Part shown: piece after piece, positions 17,983 through 24,312 of the stretch
Numbering within the stretch: the first letter of the stretch is position 1
Layout of the letters: every line of letters starts with the position of its first letter
Assembly (NCBI GenBank): GCA_037445735.1
Contig: JBBIJY010000035.1
Coordinates: forward strand, 1-24,312
Reading direction: 5' to 3'
Length of the DNA: 24,312 bases
Source: Armatimonadota bacterium
GTDB lineage: Bacteria; Armatimonadota; Fimbriimonadia; Fimbriimonadales; GBS-DC
Made by a program: the position numbers and the translations under genes
The notes under the pieces: model-generated
The model's database searches: none
Told to the model about the DNA's origin: nothing
Seen by the model: the letters and a program-made list of their open reading frames with translations, nothing else

Positions 17983-18081
17983 CATTATAGTCTACCCCAA
18001 CACGAGCCAGCGAGATCGCAGCCCCTCGCCGAATGAGCCGTTCCATGTGCTGCATTATAATGTACCCCAACACGAGCCAGC
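17983..18081 (-). repeat. 29-bp direct repeat with 2 mismatches (17983-18011 and 18053-18081), each copy carrying -10-like elements
   Basis: Minus strand GCTGGCTCGTGTTGGGGTAGACTATAATG versus GCTGGCTCGTGTTGGGGTACATTATAATG, 70-bp period. Confidence 0.9.
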
Positions 18082-18125
18082 AAGCTCTATGGGTATAATC
18101 TTTCGTGGCAGGCAGAGGTTCATGG

Positions 18126-18366
18126 ATGCACTCAGGGTTCAAGATTCCGGGTGAAATCAGAAGATATAGAGACCATTGCCTTAGGGCGAGGCGTCTATAT
18201 GCGACACCGTTTGAATCGGGTTTATGGCAAGGGGCGCTGGCGGAAAATGAAGGGGATTGCCACCGTGCAGCTGGCGGATGGTACAATCTGTGAAGCGGAG
18301 ATTCACTGGTACGAAGCACATGGAATCGGTCGGAAAGATCTTAAAATCAAGAGGGTAATGCGATGA
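18126..18366 (+). pseudogene. Small basic toxin-like protein (HWYEAHGIG family) split by a +1 frameshift near 18159-18163
   Basis: Frame A: MHSGFKIPGEIR; frame B: DIETIALGRG...YGKGRWRKMKGIATV.LADG....AEIHWYEAHGIGRKDLKIKR. Homologues as I recall them begin F.I.GEI..IETIA in one frame. GGG-TATAAT upstream (hexamer 18094-18099). An alternative GTG start at 18151 gives 71 aa. Confidence 0.65.
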
Positions 18367-18593
18367 GCGAGTTCGTTCTCTGTATTCGTAACGACAAGAA
18401 CTCTGCCAGCTTGATTGTGGGCAAGGTCTATCGCCGACTGCCCGATCCGGACGCTGAAGCCCACAATCTGGTGCGGATTATCGACGAAGATCTGTCGGAG
18501 CCAGAGGGGTATCTCTATCCTGCGTCGATGTTTGTGCCGGTGGATTTGCCAGAGGAAGCCCGACAGGTGTTGGAGTCGATGATGAAGCGGTAG
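18363..18593 (+). CDS. Small acidic hypothetical protein, putative antitoxin/immunity partner
   Basis: FVLCIRN....ASL.VGKVY..LPD..A....LVRIIDE......YLYPASMFVPV.LP; ATGA overlap with the upstream gene; 76 aa. Confidence 0.8.
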   Translation: MSEFVLCIRNDKNSASLIVGKVYRRLPDPDAEAHNLVRIIDEDLSEPEGYLYPASMFVPVDLPEEARQVLESMMKR

Positions 18594-18608
18594 CCGTGCC
18601 GAGAGGGT

Positions 18609-19616
18609 TCAGGCAGTCGCCTGCCGATACTGGCGAATGACCCACACGAACAGCGGTGTGCCGAGCAGGGCGGTGATGACCCCGACGGGCAGCTCCGCAG
18701 GTCGGGTGAGCGTGCGCGCCAGCGTGTCCGCCCAGAGCAGCAGTAGCCCGCCACCCAGCGCAGAGAGCGGCAACAGCAGCCGATAGTCGCCACCCACCAG
18801 ACGGCGCAACAGGTGCGGCACCAGCCAGCCGACGAAGCCGATGATGCCCGCCACCGCGACCGCTGCGGCGGTCATCAGCGCGCCTGTGATCAGCACCACC
18901 CGCTTGAGCCGCTCCACGCGCACGCCCAGATGCTGCGCCATCTCTTCGTCCACCGCATAGAGGTTCAGCCCGCGCGCCTGAGTGAGCATCGCAACCGCGC
19001 CGAGCAGCACCAGCGGCGCGACGCCCTCCACCCGCTGCCAGTCGGCGTTCAATAGCCCGCCCAGCAGCCAGTACAGCACGCGCGCCATATCCTCGCCTGC
19101 CAGTATTAATAGCAGAGTCACCACGCCCCACAGGCTCGCGCTGAGCGCGACGCCCATCAGCAGAAAGGAGCCAGGCTGCAGGCGTCCATCGGCGCGGCTG
19201 AGCGCCATCACCAGCCCCAGCGTCGCCAGCCCGCTGACGAACGCCAGCAGCGACACACCCAGCCCGTAGCCGCGCAGGTGCCAGCCGAGCAGATACGCCA
19301 GCGCGGCGCCGACCGCCGACCCCGCCGACACACCCACCACATAGGGATCGGTGAGCGGATTACGCAACAGCCCCTGAAACGCTGCGCCCACCATGCCCAG
19401 CGCACCCCCCACCAGCAGCGCCAGCAGCACGCGCGGCAGGCGCAACTCCCACACGATGGTTTGCAGCGTCGGGTCCGAAGCACGATGCAGCAGCGCCCGC
19501 CAGAGTTCCGCTGGCGAAAGGGGCACCGCACCGATGCCGAGCGTGATGCCCACGCTCAGCAGCAGCACCATCAGCAGACCACCGCCGGCAACAATAGCCC
19601 TGCGACGAATGTCCAT
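18609..19616 (-). CDS. FecCD/BtuC-family ABC transporter permease (iron chelate or cobalamin)
   Basis: IVWELRLPRVLLA, FQGLLRNPL.DPY..GVSAG, YWLLG, A..LGV, GIIGFVG.LVPH..R, ELPVGVITALLG.P.F. Start MDIRRR at 19616. Confidence 0.93.
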   Translation of the reverse strand: MDIRRRAIVAGGGLLMVLLLSVGITLGIGAVPLSPAELWRALLHRASDPTLQTIVWELRLPRVLLALLVGGALGMVGAAFQGLLRNPLTDPYVVGVSAGSAVGAALAYLLGWHLRGYGLGVSLLAFVSGLATLGLVMALSRADGRLQPGSFLLMGVALSASLWGVVTLLLILAGEDMARVLYWLLGGLLNADWQRVEGVAPLVLLGAVAMLTQARGLNLYAVDEEMAQHLGVRVERLKRVVLITGALMTAAAVAVAGIIGFVGWLVPHLLRRLVGGDYRLLLPLSALGGGLLLLWADTLARTLTRPAELPVGVITALLGTPLFVWVIRQYRQATA

Positions 19617-19636
19617 TTCTGTTGGGCAAGCCTGCG

Positions 19637-20515
19637 CTAATTGATTCGCACGAACCGCTGTGCCGCCCACCATGCGCACAGCCCGCCCATCAGCACGCCG
19701 AGCGCGGGCAGACCCAGCATCACCAGAAAGGCAGGCGCACCCGGTGGCAGATCGCTCAAGAAGGGCCACAGGCGCAGCATATAGTCCGACAGCAGCCCCG
19801 CGCCGAGCAGCACCAGCGCCGCCGCCAGAACGCCGCCCAGCCCGCCCTGCACCATGCCTTCCAGAATGAACGGTGTACGGATCGTGCGCAGGGTTGCGCC
19901 CACCAGCGCCATGATGCGTACCTCCAGCTGCCGCGCGAGGATGGTGAGGCGCACCGCGTTATAGATCAGCACCAGCGCGGAGAGCATCAGCATGCTCACG
20001 AGCGCCAGCCCCACCCAGCGCACCAGTCGCGCCACCGCCAGCACCCGCTCCAGCGTGCCCTGCTGATCCAGCACCTCGTCCACATCGGGATGCTGACGCA
20101 GGGTTGCGCTCACCTTCTTGAGCAGGGCTGGCTCGCGCGTGCGCACAATCAGCTTGTCGGGCAGCGGGTTCGGCAGGTCGGAGAGGTTGATCTCGCCCGC
20201 GTAGCGCTTCTTCTCTTCCTCCCACGCCTGCTCGCGCGGGACGAGCTGCACGCTCTGCACCTCCGGCATCGCCTCGATGCGCCGTTTGAGCGCGAGGGTA
20301 CGCTCGCGCGGCACCTCAGGCTTCAGAAACACCTCCGTCTCGAACTGGCGCGGCAGCGACTGGGCAATCGCATCCAGCTTGTAAAGCATCATGCCGAGAC
20401 TGCCCAGCAGGATGAGCGCGATGCAGGCGGTGCTGACCGCCGCCACCTGCAGCATGCCGTGCCGCCGCAGACTCGTCAGCGTCTCGCCCAGTATGAACCG
20501 AACCCGATCCAGCAT
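19637..20515 (-). CDS. ftsX: Cell division permease-like protein FtsX
   Basis: N-terminal TM, extracellular domain with NPLP, LIYNAVRLTILARQLEVRIMALVGAT...IRTPF.LEG, four-TM topology. Confidence 0.93.
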   Translation of the reverse strand: MLDRVRFILGETLTSLRRHGMLQVAAVSTACIALILLGSLGMMLYKLDAIAQSLPRQFETEVFLKPEVPRERTLALKRRIEAMPEVQSVQLVPREQAWEEEKKRYAGEINLSDLPNPLPDKLIVRTREPALLKKVSATLRQHPDVDEVLDQQGTLERVLAVARLVRWVGLALVSMLMLSALVLIYNAVRLTILARQLEVRIMALVGATLRTIRTPFILEGMVQGGLGGVLAAALVLLGAGLLSDYMLRLWPFLSDLPPGAPAFLVMLGLPALGVLMGGLCAWWAAQRFVRIN

Positions 20516-20524
20516 AACTGTGCC

Positions 20525-21304
20525 TTACTCCTGCCAGCAATAGTAGGCGTAGTCCACCGATTCGAAGAAGGGTATCTTCGGGCAGAAGATTTTGGGATTC
20601 ACGGTACCATCGCATTGCTGAATGCGTGGGCGCTCCTTCAGCGAGCGGTACCATTTCGCGTGCCCATCAAAGAAGGTATAGTTCGCGCCGCCCGTATGAA
20701 CAAATGAGGGGCAGTCGCAGTAGCGCATGCCACAGAAGGCGCGATAGTGCCCGTCGTTGAGCGTCTCCTGCTCGTCGATCAGCAGCGCAAACTGGGCAAT
20801 CCGTTCCACCTGCGCTTCAGGAATGAACCCCGCTGGCGAGTTGAGCGAGTAGCTGATTTTGAGTTCATCCTTGCGGCGGTGCGAGGGGCACACATAGACC
20901 TGCGCGTTCTTCACATAGGGATAGATGGCGCCCTGCGTGACGCCCGTCGCTGCCCAGCTGGGATGAACGGGCGAGCGCTCCGGATCACCGCAGTTCTGAA
21001 CGAAGGGATAGTTGGGCACCCAGTGCCCCTCGGCACGCGGCGTGATCCCCCTCTGCCAGGGCGGACGCTCAGTGCCATAGGTCACGAAGCCGCGGCAGCC
21101 CTCGCTCAAGCCCGGATTCACGCCGTCATAATCGGTGCGATACGCCGCGAACGCCATCCCCAGCTGACGCATGTTGGACAGGCACTGGCTCTGACGCGCC
21201 TTCTCCCGCGCCTGTGCGAACACAGGGAACAATATCGCCGCCAGAATCGCGATAATCGCAATCACAACCAGCAGCTCAATCAATGTAAAGCCGCTCTGAC
21301 GCAT
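20525..21304 (-). CDS. Prepilin-type N-terminal cleavage/methylation protein with H-X9-DG domain (DUF1559-like)
   Basis: [74 protein letters not shown] at 21319-21312 and TATAAT at 21347-21342. Confidence 0.93.
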   Translation of the reverse strand: MRQSGFTLIELLVVIAIIAILAAILFPVFAQAREKARQSQCLSNMRQLGMAFAAYRTDYDGVNPGLSEGCRGFVTYGTERPPWQRGITPRAEGHWVPNYPFVQNCGDPERSPVHPSWAATGVTQGAIYPYVKNAQVYVCPSHRRKDELKISYSLNSPAGFIPEAQVERIAQFALLIDEQETLNDGHYRAFCGMRYCDCPSFVHTGGANYTFFDGHAKWYRSLKERPRIQQCDGTVNPKIFCPKIPFFESVDYAYYCWQE

Positions 21305-21550
21305 GATGATTTCCTCCTTGCCGTTTGGCTACGGCTGCTTTATTATAAGCCATTTCGCCATCGGGCAATGCATTCCTGTTGCGAACACCTCGGCTTGCGG
21401 ACAACCGTGCCGAGCCTGCCTGCAGAATCCCATCCCGGATGGGCAATGCAGTGTCATATCCGCTGATGCCGCTGGAAGGCGCGTCGTCTGACCCAAATGG
21501 ATACCCCAAAAAACCCTGAACCGTGTGGGAGTGGTGTATACTAAGATGGG

Positions 21551-24064
21551 ATGCGATACGGCAAGGTGTGGCTGGGACTGCTGGTCAGCGGCGTGCTGGG
21601 GCTGCCGCTGCTGGCAAACGGTTCTTCACAGGTGCTGAACCTGCGCTTCAAGGACGCCCTCACAGGACAGGCGCTCACGCCCATCGTGCAGGTGGTCAAT
21701 CTGGATACGGGCGAAGGGATGCCTCTGCCCGCTCCTGTCCAGGCGGATGGACGGCTCACGTTGATTCTGCCCACTGGCAACTACGCGCTTTCTGCAGCGT
21801 GGGCAGGCTATCACCCCATCGGCATGACGCTTTCAGTCGGCGAGGAGCCTCTACCGCCCTACGAACTCTATCTGGACCCGATTCAGCCGCCGAAGGAGAC
21901 AACCACGGAGTTCCTGTGGTCGCTGCGTCGTGCGGGGCAGATGGTGGTGGTCGGCTTCGTTACGGACGAGGTAAGCGGTCAGCCGCTCGCGGGCGTTCAG
22001 GTGAGTGTGGTGGGGCATGAAGGGAGCGCTGTCACCGACGCGCGCGGCTGTTTTCTCCTGCAGTTCCCCATTCGCGACCGTAGTGGCGTTCCCCAGCGTT
22101 ATGCGACCCTGCTGGTTCAGCGGGCAGGCTACCGCACGGTTCAGCTGGCGAATGTGGAAATCTGGAGCGAGGGCGACTGGATTTATCGGCTCAGCATGAC
22201 GCCTGGCGAGGGTATGGAGACCCGCGAGATGCGCTCGCCGCGCCATCGCGAATCGTCAGAGCCGTGCGAGGGTTGCCCCGATCAGAAAACCGAAACGCCC
22301 GCGCTGACCGATCCGCTCCCTCGCGAGGAACAGTCCGATTTTGAACCTGCTGCGCCCGCGCCGATTGTCCTGCCCAAGTACATTCGCGTCGGGCGCAACT
22401 GCACCACGCGCACCGACTGCCAGCGCGTGGAGGTCTACACACTGGAAACCTACTGCAAGGGCGTGATCACCAATGAGTGGTACGCCTGCTGGGGCAATGT
22501 AACGGGCGGGATGGAATCGCTGAAGGCGGGCGCGGTCGCCGTGCGCAGCTACGGCGTCTCGTTTGTCTATTCGCCCGCCACCAGCACCTACGACATCTGC
22601 GATTCGACGGCGTGTCAGGTGTTCACAGGCAATCAGACCAGCAACGGCAACGCGGCGGTAGACGCCACCACACGCTATGTGTTGTTGACCGCTTCTAACA
22701 CGATTGCCCGCGCCGAATATTCCTCCGAGAACAATAATGCAGGCTGTGGCGACGGCTATTCGGGCACGGGCAGCAGCTGGCCCTGCATCTATGACCCTGT
22801 TTGCACGGGCTTTGCACGGAACGGGCACGGGCGCGGGATGTGCCAGTGGGGTTCCGCCCGCTGGGCGACGGGGCGACGGCTCTCCAGCTCGCAAGCCTGC
22901 ACGAACGCCGCGCCCCCGCACGGCTACGGAACCAAAAACTGGCAACAGATTCTGAATCACTACTATGGTCCAGCGGGCTATCAGCTGGTGCAGGGCGCGG
23001 TCGCCACCATCGACGGACTCAGCCCCTCGCCCAACCCTGTTGCAACGGGCAACACGGGCACGCTGACCTTCAATATCACTGCCACGCACGAGTTCAATGT
23101 GATTTTAGGCGCGTCGATCGCCCCTGCAGGAAGCGGCAACTGGCTCAGCGACCCGCCGCGTGACCTGCGGGTGAGCATCGGGGAGGGCAATCAGTCGCGC
23201 GTGCGGTTCTTCGCCGTGCCTGCCGACGCCCTGCCAGGCGGCTACGATGTGTGGGGCGCGCTCTGGTACGACCGCAACAACAGCGGCAATATCAACACGG
23301 GCGACTTCGTGGTGGATGACCGCATCTTCGGTAACCTGTGGCAGGTGCGTCGTGCCACCAGCCTGCAGGTGCCTGCGGTGTCGGGACGACGCGGTGAGAC
23401 CGTGGCGCTTCAGGCAACCCTGCGCCAGAGCCTGGATAACGCGCCCATCAGCGGTCAGACGCTCACCTTCAAGGTGAACAACGCCGTCGTGGGGACTGCC
23501 GTCACGAACAGCTCGGGCATCGCCACGCTCAACTACACCATTCCGCTCAGCCTGCCGCTGGGCACGAACGCCCTGCGCGTGGAGTATGCGGGCAACAGCA
23601 CCTACGCCGCGACGGTCGGCAGCAATGTGCTGACGGTCAACCGTGTGCGCCTGCAGGGGCAGGTTCAGCTGGCAAACCGCTCCAATCCTGCTGGCGTTGT
23701 GGTGCGCTTCGACATCGTGGCGGGGAGCAATCAGGAGAGCCTGCAGGCGACGCTGGACGCCTCGGGCAACTACGCGGTGGAGACCGCGCTCACCGGCAAC
23801 GCCACCATCACCGCCTCTGTGCCCGGCAGCGCGTGGCTCTGCCAGCGCCAGAGCGCGTTCTTGAGCAATGTGGTCAATCTCAGCTTCAGCCTGATCAGCG
23901 GCGATGTGAACGGCGACGGCACGATTGATGATGCCGATTTGCTATCGGTGCTGTTCGCGTTTGGTCAGTCGGGTTCCAGCCTGCGCGAAGATGTGAACGG
24001 CGACGGCACAGTGGACGATTCGGACCTGCTGCAGGTTCTGTTCAACTTCGGCAGCACCTGTTGA
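21551..24064 (+). CDS. Secreted SpoIID/LytB-domain protein (putative lytic transglycosylase) with beta-sandwich/Ig-like domains and a C-terminal dockerin-like repeat
   Basis: Signal peptide; carboxypeptidase-regulatory-like G.V.D..SGQPLAGV.V; Y.KGVI.NEW, LKAGAVAVRSY, DICDSTACQVF, GHGRGMCQWG, WQQILNHYY; two D.NGDG..DD.DLL.VLF.FG repeats. Confidence 0.85.
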   Translation: MRYGKVWLGLLVSGVLGLPLLANGSSQVLNLRFKDALTGQALTPIVQVVNLDTGEGMPLPAPVQADGRLTLILPTGNYALSAAWAGYHPIGMTLSVGEEPLPPYELYLDPIQPPKETTTEFLWSLRRAGQMVVVGFVTDEVSGQPLAGVQVSVVGHEGSAVTDARGCFLLQFPIRDRSGVPQRYATLLVQRAGYRTVQLANVEIWSEGDWIYRLSMTPGEGMETREMRSPRHRESSEPCEGCPDQKTETPALTDPLPREEQSDFEPAAPAPIVLPKYIRVGRNCTTRTDCQRVEVYTLETYCKGVITNEWYACWGNVTGGMESLKAGAVAVRSYGVSFVYSPATSTYDICDSTACQVFTGNQTSNGNAAVDATTRYVLLTASNTIARAEYSSENNNAGCGDGYSGTGSSWPCIYDPVCTGFARNGHGRGMCQWGSARWATGRRLSSSQACTNAAPPHGYGTKNWQQILNHYYGPAGYQLVQGAVATIDGLSPSPNPVATGNTGTLTFNITATHEFNVILGASIAPAGSGNWLSDPPRDLRVSIGEGNQSRVRFFAVPADALPGGYDVWGALWYDRNNSGNINTGDFVVDDRIFGNLWQVRRATSLQVPAVSGRRGETVALQATLRQSLDNAPISGQTLTFKVNNAVVGTAVTNSSGIATLNYTIPLSLPLGTNALRVEYAGNSTYAATVGSNVLTVNRVRLQGQVQLANRSNPAGVVVRFDIVAGSNQESLQATLDASGNYAVETALTGNATITASVPGSAWLCQRQSAFLSNVVNLSFSLISGDVNGDGTIDDADLLSVLFAFGQSGSSLREDVNGDGTVDDSDLLQVLFNFGSTC

Positions 24065-24312
24065 ATGACCTGAAATCGCTCTCTGACGAATCCACGCTTC
24101 ATTCAGCTCCATAGACCAAGTACGACCGCGCAGCCAGTCGCTTATCGTCTCTGCGCCAATCTGCCGCGCATAGGTCTCGACGCGTGTCATGTTCTTCCCA
24201 ATCGCGACGGGTTTGAGTGGCTTGCCTGCCTGCCCCGCCAGTCGGAGACCGCCGCCGGCGAGGTCGTCGGCGGCATTCAGTATACCCACCGCCCAGCCCG
24301 CCGAGCGCCGAG
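24065..24312 (-). pseudogene. Probable truncated C-terminal toxin tip of a polymorphic (Rhs-like) toxin, frame open to the window edge
   Basis: AADDLAGG linker followed by VAIGKNMTRVETYARQIGAET.....N.AWIR. This resembles a toxin-tip family I recall as IG.NM.RV...A...G....N..WI.......IIDIG; the IIDIG half is missing and the frame runs into the antisense of the SpoIID gene. Confidence 0.4.

Noticed and set aside
17983-18081. 29-bp repeat as a mini-CRISPR array
   Set aside because: Only two copies, not palindromic, no cas genes; the content is better explained as promoter sequence.
23900-24050. Repeated GATGTGAACGGCGACGGCAC
   Set aside because: Encodes the two dockerin-like protein repeats; not an independent DNA element.

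Overview
GC-rich bacterial window. The C-terminal 'GDVNGDG..DDADLL.VLF.FG' repeat protein, the H-X9-DG prepilin-like protein and the glycoside hydrolases suggest Armatimonadota (inference only). The backbone is housekeeping and envelope genes: an acyl-ACP-reductase-like oxidoreductase, DUF1992, rpiB, two tandem S41 peptidases, archease, rtcA, a clan GH-A hydrolase, mtaB, metE, a PfkB kinase, tRNA-Arg(UCU), a FecCD/BtuC permease, ftsX, a prepilin-like protein and a SpoIID/LytB protein. Small, more AT-rich conflict modules are interspersed: an intact MNT-HEPN toxin-antitoxin pair; a UPF0175 antitoxin whose PIN toxin is deleted except for its last ~30 codons; an MjaI-family restriction-modification system whose endonuclease has an internal TAG; a small toxin/immunity-like pair whose first gene is split by a +1 shift at AGA-AGA next to the tRNA-Arg(UCU) gene; and a probable truncated polymorphic-toxin tip at the right edge. 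Most notable are (i) a full-length S41 paralogue with both catalytic residues replaced, coupled to an active CtpA; (ii) the AGA-AGA frameshift beside the cognate tRNA; (iii) repeated loss of toxic partners while protective partners persist; and (iv) frequent GG-TAnnnT boxes 7-11 nt before start codons, suggesting leaderless mRNAs. All family calls come from motif recognition by eye; no searches were run.
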